Assembly: GCA_025935595.1 (NCBI GenBank)
Contig: JAICUZ010000001.1
Span: 1 to 34,429, forward strand
Reading direction: 5' to 3'
Source of the DNA: Burkholderiales bacterium
Lineage (GTDB): Bacteria > Actinomycetota > Thermoleophilia > Gaiellales > Gaiellaceae
Length of the DNA: 34,429 nucleotides
The position numbers and the translations under genes were made by a program. Shown one piece after another: positions 25,151 through 33,850 of this stretch (positions are counted from its first letter, which is position 1; each line of letters starts with the position of its first letter). The notes under the pieces are model-generated. The model saw only the letters and a program-made list of their open reading frames with translations, did no database searches and had not been told where the DNA came from.

Positions 25151-26491
25151 GTGGGGGCGCCGGTATACCGCGGGAACTTCGATGCGTCGCATGCCGAGCG
25201 GCTGCTCTGGCGCGCCGGCTTCGGCCCGCGTCCGGGTGAGGCGGCGAAGCTCGCGAAGCTCGGTCTCGACGGCGCCGTCCATTCGCTCCTGAATCCCGGA
25301 GTCGAGAAGCTCGTCGGGCCGAAGCCACACGACTCGAAGGGTCGCCCGTTCGCGCCGGCCGACGCGTGGGGTCACGACCATTGCTGGTGGCTCGACAAGA
25401 TGGTGCGCACGTCGCGTCCGCTCGTCGAGCGCATGGCGCTCGTCTGGCACGACTGGTTCGCGACGTCGAACGCAGGCGTCGGCGACCAGGGCCTGATGAT
25501 CGCCCAGAACCAGTTGTTCCGGAAGCACGGGCTCGGCTCGTTCGAGCAGCTGCTGCTCGACGTGACCGCGAATCCCGCGATGCTCGTCTGGCTCAACGGC
25601 ACCCAGAACACGAAGGACGCGCCGAACGAGAACTACGGTCGCGAGATGATGGAGCTGTTCACGCTCGGCGCCGACCGCGGTGCGTACACCGAGCGCGACG
25701 TCCGCGAGCAGGCGCGGGCTCTGACCGGCTGGACGAGCCGCTGGAGCCGCCGGAAGGGCGAATACGACTTCCATTTCGACGCGAGCCGTCACGACACCGG
25801 CATCAAGACGGTGTTCCGCAAGAGCGGTGACTACGCCTGGCGCGATGCATGCCATCTCTGTCTTTCGAACCCGAAGCACGCGTCGTTCTTCACCCAGAAG
25901 CTATGGAGCTACTTCATTCCCGTCGCGCCGGACGCGAAGACGCAGCGCGCGCTCGAAGCCGCCTACAACGGCAGCGGCCGCCAGATCAAGCCGGTACTCG
26001 ACATCGTGCTGAAGCATCCGGCGCTGCACACCGGGCCGCGCATGACGAAGCCGCCCGTCGTCCACATCGCCGGTCTCCTTCGCCGCCTCAACGCCGGCGT
26101 CACGACGGACGCGTGGGCGTGGATCGGCGGGCTCTCCGGCCAACAGCTCTTCTATCCGCCGAACGTCGCCGGCTGGGACGACTCGCGCTGGCTCGACACC
26201 GCGACGTTCCGCGGCCGGTGGATCGCCGTCGGCGAGATCCTCGGCGACCGCCGCCTCGATCCGGGCAAGGCGAAGGAGGCGATCGACGCGCCGACCACGC
26301 TCAAGCGCGCGCTCGCCTTCTGGAACAACCCGGAGCTGACGCCGGCGACGCACCGCCAGCTGCTCCGCTTCACGCAGCGCGCGCTGCACGACGCGCGCAC
26401 CGACAAGTGGAAGCAGGTGCAGTATCCGGTGCTCGTCGAGAACGCGCTTCGGCACCTGATCGCCGTGTCCCCCGACCTCCAGACGGCGTGA
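25151..26491 (+). CDS. DUF1800 family protein
   Basis: LL.RAGFG, ERMALVWHDWFATS, PAMLVWL, PNENYGREMMELFTLG, PPNVAGW. Confidence 0.9.
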   Translation: MGAPVYRGNFDASHAERLLWRAGFGPRPGEAAKLAKLGLDGAVHSLLNPGVEKLVGPKPHDSKGRPFAPADAWGHDHCWWLDKMVRTSRPLVERMALVWHDWFATSNAGVGDQGLMIAQNQLFRKHGLGSFEQLLLDVTANPAMLVWLNGTQNTKDAPNENYGREMMELFTLGADRGAYTERDVREQARALTGWTSRWSRRKGEYDFHFDASRHDTGIKTVFRKSGDYAWRDACHLCLSNPKHASFFTQKLWSYFIPVAPDAKTQRALEAAYNGSGRQIKPVLDIVLKHPALHTGPRMTKPPVVHIAGLLRRLNAGVTTDAWAWIGGLSGQQLFYPPNVAGWDDSRWLDTATFRGRWIAVGEILGDRRLDPGKAKEAIDAPTTLKRALAFWNNPELTPATHRQLLRFTQRALHDARTDKWKQVQYPVLVENALRHLIAVSPDLQTA

Positions 26492-26517
26492 GCGTCGGCC
26501 GGGAGCGGGAAGTGAGC
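26488..26517 (+). repeat. Internally deleted copy C of the MIRU-like repeat
   Basis: GTGAGCGTCGGC-CGGGAGCGGGAA-GTGAGC joins the 5' and 3' ends seen in copies A and B, with GTGAGC duplicated at the ends. Confidence 0.6.
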
Positions 26518-27864
26518 CGGATCGTCTGCGACGAGTGCACCCGGGCGGGTGCGCTGCGCGCGGTCGCCGGGCGTGGGCTGCCGTCGATCGAGCCCGGCAT
26601 GCCGACGCCGGCGGGAACCGGGCTGACGCGGCGCGGCTTCATGGCCCGGTCACTCGGCATGGCGCTGACGGTCTACGGCGCCGGCCGGCTCGACATCTTC
26701 GACGAGGGGATCGCCGCGGCCGCGACGATGCCGAAGAACCCGATCCTCGTCACCGTGTTCCTGCAGGGCGGCGCGGACGCGCTCTCGCTCCTCTCGCCGC
26801 AGGCCGATCCGCTCTATCGCAAGCTGCGTCCGAGCCTCGCGATCTCCGGCGGGACGGCGTTCGCCGAGGACGATCGGCTGTTCTGGCACCCGGCGCTCGA
26901 TCAGATCGCACAGCTGCACGGCGAAGGCAAGGTGACCGTGCTTCCTGCCGTCGGGTACGACCATCCCGACCAGTCGCATTTCACCTCTCGCCACTTCTGG
27001 GAGGTCGGCGCGACGGACTCCCGCTTGCTCACCGGCTGGCTGGGCCGGTACCTCGACGTGGTCGGCTCGCCCGACAACCCGCTGCAGGGCCTGTCGCTGA
27101 CCGGCTCGCTGGAGCCCGCGCTCGCGACCGCGAAGGTGCCGGTCGCCGCGATCGACGGCCCCGATCAATACGACTTCTGGTCGCCGGGTGTCTGGGGCCA
27201 GGTCGAGGACAGGATGCTCGAGGCGATCGGGATGCTCGGCAACGCAGGCGCGCACGATGCCGCGTCCCGCACGGCCGCGAAAGTTGCGGGACAGTCGGCG
27301 ACGCTCCGCCGCCAGCTCCAGCCGTTCGGCGGCAAGAAGCTCACGCCCGCCGTGCCGTACCCGGCCGGCAACGACTCGTTCCCGCGCAGCCTGCAGGGCC
27401 TCGCGGCGATGATCGCCGCCGGGCTGCCGCTGCGGTGCGTCGCGCTCGAGGCGACCGGGGAGTACGACACGCACGCGAGCCAGGCGTCCGAGCTGACACC
27501 GGCGCTGACGACGACCGCCGCATCGCTGTACGCGTTCCAGCGCGACCTCGAGGCGCGCGGCGTCGCCGATCGCGTGCTGACGCTCGTCTGGACGGAGTTC
27601 GGCCGGCGTGCCGAGGAGAACGGCTCCGGCGGAACCGACCACGGCGCGGCCGGCACCGGGTTCCTGATCGGTACGAAGGTCGCGGGCACGCAGGTCGGCG
27701 AGTACCCGGGCCTCGCGAGCGGGCTCGACCGCGACGGCAACCTGAAGGCGACGAGCGACTTCCGCGGCGTCTACGCGGCGCTGCTCGAGCAGTGGCTGCG
27801 CTTCGACGCCGAGCGAATCCTCCCGCACATCTCGAAGTTCAAGCGGCCGACGCTCGTCAAGTGA
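26512..27864 (+). CDS. DUF1501 family protein with Tat signal
   Basis: LTRRGFM twin-arginine motif, FLQGGAD, SHF, GWLGR, YDTHA, TEFGRR..EN...GTDHG, DFRGVYA. Start at 26488 or 26512. Confidence 0.9.
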   Translation: MSRIVCDECTRAGALRAVAGRGLPSIEPGMPTPAGTGLTRRGFMARSLGMALTVYGAGRLDIFDEGIAAAATMPKNPILVTVFLQGGADALSLLSPQADPLYRKLRPSLAISGGTAFAEDDRLFWHPALDQIAQLHGEGKVTVLPAVGYDHPDQSHFTSRHFWEVGATDSRLLTGWLGRYLDVVGSPDNPLQGLSLTGSLEPALATAKVPVAAIDGPDQYDFWSPGVWGQVEDRMLEAIGMLGNAGAHDAASRTAAKVAGQSATLRRQLQPFGGKKLTPAVPYPAGNDSFPRSLQGLAAMIAAGLPLRCVALEATGEYDTHASQASELTPALTTTAASLYAFQRDLEARGVADRVLTLVWTEFGRRAEENGSGGTDHGAAGTGFLIGTKVAGTQVGEYPGLASGLDRDGNLKATSDFRGVYAALLEQWLRFDAERILPHISKFKRPTLVK

Positions 27865-28214
27865 AGCTCGCGGTCCTGACGGGCCTGCTCGGGCTCTCGC
27901 TGTTCCACGCGACGCCAAAGGCGGCGGCGCCGTCGCGCGTACAGGTGGTGGCGCGTGAGTACTCGTTCTCGCTCTCGCGGGTCCGGGTGCACTCAGGCGC
28001 GGCGGTGATCGAGCTGGCGAACTTCGGCCAGGACCTGCACGACCTGCGGGTGCAGCGCATCGGTGCGAAGCACATCGCCGGACTGGGCGTCGTCCCCGCC
28101 GGCGGCCGCGCCGACTTGACGCTGAAGCTGGCGCCGGGGCGATACTCGTTCTGGTGCTCGGTCGCAAACCATCGCCAGCTCGGCATGAAGACCACACTGG
28201 TCGTCACGCGCTAG
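27861..28214 (+). CDS. Secreted cupredoxin (plastocyanin/azurin-like)
   Basis: Signal peptide, N....HDL, and PGRYSFWCSVANHRQLGM supplying type-1 copper ligands H/C/H/M; GTGA overlap with the DUF1501 stop. Confidence 0.8.
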   Translation: MKLAVLTGLLGLSLFHATPKAAAPSRVQVVAREYSFSLSRVRVHSGAAVIELANFGQDLHDLRVQRIGAKHIAGLGVVPAGGRADLTLKLAPGRYSFWCSVANHRQLGMKTTLVVTR

Positions 28215-28942
28215 TCGTCGACGAGGCGGGCGACCCGGACGGGACGCCCGTCGTCTACCTGCACGGCGGCGGCGACTCGCGGCTCTCACGCCATCCCGAC
28301 GACGCGATCGCGACGTCGCTCGGCGTGCGCCTGCTGGCCGTCGACCGCTGTGGACCGGCGCGTCGCTTCGGGTCGCTTCGCGCGTGGGCGGAGTCGACCG
28401 CGGCTGAGCTCGATCTCGAGCGGTTCGGCGTGATCGGCTGGTCGGCGGGAGGTCCGCACGCACTGGCGCTTGCGGCGGTCGCTCCGGAGCGCGTCGCGCG
28501 CGTCGCGCTGGTCGGGTCGATGCCGCCGATCGATCTGGTCGCGGAGCTACAGCGTGACGTGCGCGCGGCGATGCGGGTCGCACGTGTCTCGCCGCGTGTG
28601 GCGGCTCGCGGGCTCGAGCGGTGGGGGAGGCAGCCGACGCCGCCGACCGGCGACCCCGCGTGCGACGAGGCGTATGCGCGCGGCCGCGTCGAGTCGTTCC
28701 GGCACGGCGGACTGTGGCTCGCGCGCGAGCTGGCGTACCTCGGCCGGCCGTGGGGGTTCGACCTCGCCGACGTGCGCGCACCGGTGACGCTCTGGTGGGG
28801 GAGAGACGATCACGTGTGCCCGCCGCCGATCGGCGAGGCGTTCGCGGAGCGACTGCCGCACGCAGACCTTCGGCTGGTCGACGGCAACCACCAGCTGCTC
28901 TTCAGCCGCTGGCGCGACATCCTCGCTAGCGCGGCGGCCTGA
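28154..28942 (+). CDS. Alpha/beta-fold hydrolase
   Basis: GDPDG.PVVYLHGG, GWSAGG nucleophile elbow, PWGFDL, WWGRDD, GNH. Start uncertain because it overlaps the cupredoxin gene. Confidence 0.85.
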   Translation: MLGRKPSPARHEDHTGRHALVVDEAGDPDGTPVVYLHGGGDSRLSRHPDDAIATSLGVRLLAVDRCGPARRFGSLRAWAESTAAELDLERFGVIGWSAGGPHALALAAVAPERVARVALVGSMPPIDLVAELQRDVRAAMRVARVSPRVAARGLERWGRQPTPPTGDPACDEAYARGRVESFRHGGLWLARELAYLGRPWGFDLADVRAPVTLWWGRDDHVCPPPIGEAFAERLPHADLRLVDGNHQLLFSRWRDILASAAA

Positions 28943-29528
28943 GCGCCGCGAACTCGTCGGTCACCTCGAGCCGCTGCGACGCGAAGCGGAAGAGCGCCGC
29001 GGGCCGACCGCCGGTGCGGCCCGGGGCGCGGTGGCCGTCCACCCGCTCGAGGGCGCCGCGGCGGAGCAGCACCCGCTGCAGGTTCGTGGCCGACACGTCA
29101 TGGCCGAGCGCCGCGACGTACAGCTCGCGCAGCTCCGAGATCGTGAACACCTCGGGTGCGAGCGCGAAGCCGAGGTTGGTGTACGAGAGCTTCGCGCGCA
29201 GCCGCGCCTGCGCCGCGCCGACGAGCTCGCGCTCCTCGGGCGGCGTGCGCGTCCCCACCACACGCCAGTCGCCGGTGAGCTCGGTGCCCGGACGTGCGAA
29301 CCCGAGGTAGACCGTCGCGAGCGTGCCGTCGCGGAGGATCCGCGTTTCGAGCTGCTCGAGATGAGCAAGCTGGCCGACCTCGATCGCCCGCTCGAGCGCG
29401 CGCGCCAGTGACTCGCCGGGCAGCCGGCCGACCCGGCGCAGAAGCGCCTCGAGCCGGCCGCCGTGAACCCTCATCACGACGGCGACGACCGCGTGCGAAG
29501 TAGAATTCGGCACAGGTTTTCGTCCCAT
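28926..29528 (-). CDS. nrtR: NrtR-family (Nudix-related) transcriptional regulator with degenerate Nudix domain
   Basis: AHLEQLET, RLRAKLSYTNLGFALAPEVFTISELRELY, VSATNLQRVL and GGRPAALFRF match the actinobacterial NrtR pattern. Start may be GTG 29513. Confidence 0.85.
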   Translation of the reverse strand: MGRKPVPNSTSHAVVAVVMRVHGGRLEALLRRVGRLPGESLARALERAIEVGQLAHLEQLETRILRDGTLATVYLGFARPGTELTGDWRVVGTRTPPEERELVGAAQARLRAKLSYTNLGFALAPEVFTISELRELYVAALGHDVSATNLQRVLLRRGALERVDGHRAPGRTGGRPAALFRFASQRLEVTDEFAALRPPR

Positions 29529-29540
29529 AGTCTAAAACCT
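29514..29540. promoter_or_regulatory. Probable NrtR operator
   Basis: AGGTTTTCGTC-CCATA-GTCTAAAACCT is a dyad with perfect 7-bp outer arms, close to GTTTTCGAC-N5-GTCGAAAAC; it overlaps both divergent -10 elements. Confidence 0.7.
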
Positions 29541-29550
29541 CGGAGGACTC

Positions 29551-30576
29551 GTGAAGCGACTCATCGGAATCGCCCTCGTTGCGGCTCTCGCGCTGGTCGC
29601 GGCCGGCTGCGGATCCAAGAAATCGTCGACCGGTTCGACCACCACGACGCAGGCTTCTACATTCAAGGTCGGGCTCTCGACCGACACGGGCGGGCTGAAC
29701 GACAAGAGCTTCAACCACCTCGCCTACGTCGGCCTCCAGCGCGCACACGCGCAGCTCGGGGTTCAGACCCGCGTCGTCACCGCGGCGTCGTCGTCCGACT
29801 ACATCCCGAACCTCACGGCGCTCGCCCGCCAGGGGTACAACCTCGTGATCGGCGTCGGCTTCACGGAGATCGAGGCGATGAAGGCCGTCGCCAAGCACTT
29901 CCCGAAGACCCATTTCGCGATCGTCGACGTGTCGAACGCCGACGAAGGCGGGCTGAAGAACGTCGAGGGCCTCCTGTTCAAGGAGCAGGAGGCGGGCTAT
30001 CTCGCCGGCTACGCCGCCGGGCTCGCGGCGAAGGAACGCGGCGGCAAGGCGGTCTCGTCGGTCGGCGGGCAGAAGCAGCCGCCGGTCGACCGCTACATCG
30101 CCGGCTTCCAGGCCGGCGCGAAGGCTGCGTTCCCGGGCGTGCAGACGCTGAACGGGTACTCGAACGACTTCGAGAAGCTCGCGCTCTGCAAAGAGGTCGC
30201 GCTGAACCAGATCGCCGACGGCTCGGTCGTCGTGTTCCAGGTGGCGGGCGGCTGCGGCCTCGGCGCGCTCGACGCCGCGAAGGAGAAGGACGTCTGGGGC
30301 GTCGGCGTCGACGCCGACCAGGGCTACCTCGGCAGCTACGTGCTCACCTCCGCGCTCAAGCGGGTGGACACTGCCGTGTTCGACTCGATCAAGGACGCCA
30401 AGGACGGCAAGTTCAAGGGCGGGGAGGACGCCGTGTACGGGCTCGACGTCAACGGCGTCGGCATCGGGAAGTTCTCGCCGAAGACTCCGGCGGGAATCGA
30501 AGACAAGGTGCAGCAGATCAAGCAGCAGATCGCGGACGGGAAGATCAAGGACATCCCGACGATCGTGAAGAAGTGA
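29551..30576 (+). CDS. BMP-family (PnrA/TmpC-like) substrate-binding lipoprotein
   Basis: Lipobox LVAAGC, DTGGLNDKSFN, GVGF, FKEQEAGYLAG, FQVAGGCG, GVDADQ, TSALKRVD; GGAGG RBS. Confidence 0.93.
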   Translation: MKRLIGIALVAALALVAAGCGSKKSSTGSTTTTQASTFKVGLSTDTGGLNDKSFNHLAYVGLQRAHAQLGVQTRVVTAASSSDYIPNLTALARQGYNLVIGVGFTEIEAMKAVAKHFPKTHFAIVDVSNADEGGLKNVEGLLFKEQEAGYLAGYAAGLAAKERGGKAVSSVGGQKQPPVDRYIAGFQAGAKAAFPGVQTLNGYSNDFEKLALCKEVALNQIADGSVVVFQVAGGCGLGALDAAKEKDVWGVGVDADQGYLGSYVLTSALKRVDTAVFDSIKDAKDGKFKGGEDAVYGLDVNGVGIGKFSPKTPAGIEDKVQQIKQQIADGKIKDIPTIVKK

Positions 30577-30580
30577 GCGT

Positions 30581-30973
30581 TTGGCGGAACTGACCGACGC
30601 ACAGCTCACGCTGCTTCGCGACCGGAACTTCGGCGTCGTCGCGACGCTGAAGTCGGACGGCTCACCGCAGACGAGCGTCGTGTGGATCGACACCGACGGC
30701 GAGCACGTGATCTTCAACACGCGCAACGATCGCGCCAAGGGAAGGCACCTGCGGCGCGATCCGCGCGTGAGCGTCACCATCTTCGACGCTGAGCGTGCCT
30801 ATCGGTATTTCGAGGTGGAGGGCGTTGCTGAGCTCGAGGTCGAAGGTGCGAACGAGCACATCCACGAGCTGTCGCGGAAGTACAACGACGGCAAGGACTT
30901 CCACACCCCGGAGAACCGCGTGATCGTGAAGGTCACGCCGCGGCGGATCTTCGACTACCAAGTCTCCAGCTAG
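30581..30973 (+). CDS. PPOX-class F420-dependent oxidoreductase
   Basis: VATLKSDGSPQTSVVW, RAKGRHLRRDPRVSV, YFEVEG, LSRKY. Confidence 0.88.
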   Translation: MAELTDAQLTLLRDRNFGVVATLKSDGSPQTSVVWIDTDGEHVIFNTRNDRAKGRHLRRDPRVSVTIFDAERAYRYFEVEGVAELEVEGANEHIHELSRKYNDGKDFHTPENRVIVKVTPRRIFDYQVSS

Positions 30974-30984
30974 CGTTCGCAAGC

Positions 30985-31893
30985 GTGAAGCGATCGTTCG
31001 GCATCGTCGTCGTCGCGTTTGCCGCGGCGCTGTGGGGTCTGGACGCGTTGATCCGCGGTCCTCTCGCCTCGACCACGACGCCCGCGACGATCGTCTTCGG
31101 CGAGCACCTCGTCCTCGTCGTCCTGACGCTGCCGCTCGCGGCCGGCGCCCTCGCCGCCGTCTTCCGGCTCGGCTGGCGGCACCTCCTCGCGGCGGTCGCC
31201 GTCGGCGCCGGGGCCTCCGCGGTCGCGACGATCCTGTTCACCGAGGCGTTGTTCACCCACAACGACTTCGTCACACCGGTCGTTCTGCAGAAGGTGCAGC
31301 CGGTCTTCGCGGTGCTCGGTGCGATGGTGGTGCTCGACGAGCGGCCGGGCCGCCGCTACGTGCCCTATTTCGTCGCGGCGCTCGCCGGGACGTGGTTCAT
31401 GGGCGTCCCGCATCCGTTCCATCCAGAGGCACACGGCCTCGCGACGATGTCGTATGCGCTCGGCGCGGCACTCTTGTGGGGCCTCGGGACGGTGTTCGGC
31501 CGCTACCTCGCGCGCGACCTGCGCTTCGAGCACGTCACGACGCTGCGGTTCCTGTTCGGCCTCCCCGCCAGCGCGATCGCCCTGCTCGTGCTCGGCGTCC
31601 CGGCGTTCGCGTCCTGGCACGACTCGGGCTGGATCACGGTCCTGGCGCTCGTGACAGGCTTCGCAGCGATGTTCCTCTACTACTACGGGCTCCGCTCGAC
31701 TCCGGCCGTTGCGGCGACGCTCGCAGAGCTCGCCTTCCCAGTCACTGCCGTCCTCGTCGGCTACCTCAAGTTCGGCCAGACCCTCAGCGGCTGGCAATGG
31801 TTCGGTGTCGCGCTGACGAGCACCATCGTCGCTCTGCTGCCCGCACGCCCGCAGGACGTCGCGGCACCGATCGGCGCGCCGGTCCCGGCGTGA
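30985..31893 (+). CDS. DMT/EamA-family transporter
   Basis: About 10 TM helices, duplicated ALWG motif, LQKVQPVFA, LDER. Confidence 0.88.
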   Translation: MKRSFGIVVVAFAAALWGLDALIRGPLASTTTPATIVFGEHLVLVVLTLPLAAGALAAVFRLGWRHLLAAVAVGAGASAVATILFTEALFTHNDFVTPVVLQKVQPVFAVLGAMVVLDERPGRRYVPYFVAALAGTWFMGVPHPFHPEAHGLATMSYALGAALLWGLGTVFGRYLARDLRFEHVTTLRFLFGLPASAIALLVLGVPAFASWHDSGWITVLALVTGFAAMFLYYYGLRSTPAVAATLAELAFPVTAVLVGYLKFGQTLSGWQWFGVALTSTIVALLPARPQDVAAPIGAPVPA

Positions 31894-33275
31894 AGCCGAC
31901 AGTCCCTCCGGGCGAGCAACCTGCGTGGTGGCTGCGCGACGCCGACGACGGCGAGCGCTCGCCGTCGCTTCGCAGCGACCTCGACGTCGACGTCGCGATC
32001 GTCGGCGGCGGCTTCACCGGGCTCTGGACAGCGCTCGCGTTGCGCGCGCTTCCCGAGCCCCCGCGTGTCGCGCTGCTCGAGTCGGAGTTTTGCGGCTGGG
32101 GGCCGAGCGGTCGCAACGGCGGCTTCTGCCACGGCTACTGGTCGTACCTGCCGACGCTCCGCGACCTGTTCGGCGACGAGGCGGCGCTTCGGCTGTGCGC
32201 CGCGGGCGACCAGATCATCCCCGGCATCCGCACGTTTCTGGCCGAGCGCGGGGAGGACGCATGGCTCCGCGAAGACGGCCTCCTCGAGGTGTCGACGGCG
32301 ACGTCGCAGGATCCCGAGATCGACGGGCAGGTCGCCGCCGCGCGGGAGGTCGGCCACCCTGAACAGGCAGAGCTCAGGGAGTCGCCCGGCATCTCCCCGC
32401 GGTTCCGCCGCGGAGTGTTCTTCCGTGACGGCGCGACCGTGCATCCCGCGCGGCTCGTACGCGCGCTCCGGCGCGCCGTGCTCGCGGACGGCGTCGAGGT
32501 CTACGAAGGAACGCGCGCCCAGCTGCGCACCGACGGCACGATCGCCGCGAACGGCCGCACTGTCCGTGCGAAGGACGTCGTTGTCGCGACGAACGCCGCC
32601 GCCACCGAATGGCGGCCGGTCCGCGGGCGGCTGACGGTGTTCGGCAGCTACGTCGTGCTCACCGAGCCCGTGCCGGACCTCCTTCGCGAGACCGGCTGGA
32701 CCGACGGGCTCGGGATCTACGACGCGCGCATGTTCCTGCACTACTTCCGGACGACGAACGACGGGCGCGTGCTGATGGGGTCCGGCTCCGGCCCGATCGG
32801 CTTCGGCGCGCGCATCGACGAGCGATTCACCCACGACGCCCCGACTGCGGGACGTGCGGAAGAGGGCCTGCGCCGTCTGCTGCCCGCGCTCGCCGACGTA
32901 AAGGTCGAGGCTGCGTGGGGTGGCCCGATCGACGTCTCGGCCGACCACGTGCCGTTCATCGGCACCGTCCCGTCGACGCGGATCCACTACGCGCTCGGCT
33001 ACTCGGGGCACGGTGTCGGCCCTTCGTGGCTCGCAGGGCGTGTGCTCGCGTCGCTCGCCGCCGGCGCGGACGACGAGTGGACGCGCCTGCCGCTCGTCGA
33101 GCGCAAGGTCGCCCGCGTACCGCGCGAGCCGGTGCGCCGGATCGGCGGCGGGGTGATCCGCGCCGCGATCCTCTCGCTCGAAGAGGCCGAGGAGCACGGC
33201 CGTCGCGGCAGTCCGGTGGCCAAAGCGGTCGCCGGGATCCCGCGCCTGCTCGGAATGAAGCTCGGCACGCGCTGA
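31890..33275 (+). CDS. FAD-dependent oxidoreductase (DadA/PuuB-like, probable amine catabolism)
   Basis: [45 protein letters not shown] overlap. Confidence 0.9.
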   Translation: MKPTVPPGEQPAWWLRDADDGERSPSLRSDLDVDVAIVGGGFTGLWTALALRALPEPPRVALLESEFCGWGPSGRNGGFCHGYWSYLPTLRDLFGDEAALRLCAAGDQIIPGIRTFLAERGEDAWLREDGLLEVSTATSQDPEIDGQVAAAREVGHPEQAELRESPGISPRFRRGVFFRDGATVHPARLVRALRRAVLADGVEVYEGTRAQLRTDGTIAANGRTVRAKDVVVATNAAATEWRPVRGRLTVFGSYVVLTEPVPDLLRETGWTDGLGIYDARMFLHYFRTTNDGRVLMGSGSGPIGFGARIDERFTHDAPTAGRAEEGLRRLLPALADVKVEAAWGGPIDVSADHVPFIGTVPSTRIHYALGYSGHGVGPSWLAGRVLASLAAGADDEWTRLPLVERKVARVPREPVRRIGGGVIRAAILSLEEAEEHGRRGSPVAKAVAGIPRLLGMKLGTR

Positions 33276-33278
33276 GCC

Positions 33279-33337
33279 GCGCATTTCGCCGTCAGGACGG
33301 TTGTCGGTTGACGAAATGCGCAGGAATCCGATAGAAC
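33279..33337 (+). promoter_or_regulatory. Promoter/operator of the Lrp-potA unit
   Basis: Inverted repeat GCGCATTTCG (33279-33288)/CGAAATGCGC (33312-33321) overlaps TTGACG (-35); TAGAAC lies 6 nt before GTG 33344. Confidence 0.5.
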
Positions 33338-33343
33338 CGCGGC

Positions 33344-33850
33344 GTGCCGGTGACGGAGGCGATGCGGGGACCGGTCACACGGCCTCGCTCTCTCGACCCG
33401 ATCGACCGCGGCATCATCGAGGCGCTGCAGGAGAACGGCCGTGCACCGTTCCGCGCGATCGCGGCGCGCGTCGGCGTCGCCGAGGCAACGGTTCGCGCGC
33501 GCTACGCGCGGCTCGTCGACGACGGGATCTTGCTCGTCACCGGCGTGACGAACCCGCTCGGCCTCGGTTTCGAGGCGCAGGCGATGATCGGGATCAAGAC
33601 GTCCGGCAGTCCCGAGCCGGTAGCGGACGAGATCGCAGGCTGGGACGAGGCGAGCTACGTGGTCGTCGCCGCCGGTCGCTTCGACCTCCTCGTCGAGGTC
33701 GTGTGCGACGACCGCCGCCATCTGCTGGAGTTGACGACGCGCCTGCGCGAGGTCGAAGGCGTCGTCTCGACCGAGACCTTTCCCTACCTGAGCCTCGCCA
33801 AGCAGGTGTACGCGTGGGGCACCCACCTCGTGGAGGAGGAGAACGCGTGA
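33344..33850 (+). CDS. Lrp/AsnC-family regulator
   Basis: [42 protein letters not shown]. Confidence 0.93.
   Translation: MPVTEAMRGPVTRPRSLDPIDRGIIEALQENGRAPFRAIAARVGVAEATVRARYARLVDDGILLVTGVTNPLGLGFEAQAMIGIKTSGSPEPVADEIAGWDEASYVVVAAGRFDLLVEVVCDDRRHLLELTTRLREVEGVVSTETFPYLSLAKQVYAWGTHLVEEENA

Noticed and set aside
30573..30583. GTGAGCGT at the BMP/PPOX junction, resembling the left end of the MIRU-like repeat
   Set aside because: Only 8 nt match and there is no right end; it could be chance.
29098..30780. 560-aa minus-strand ORF and other long Arg/Pro-rich ORFs (e.g. 9295..10650, 26650..28197, 31761..33284)
   Set aside because: They are antisense to clearly recognisable genes and contain no motifs.
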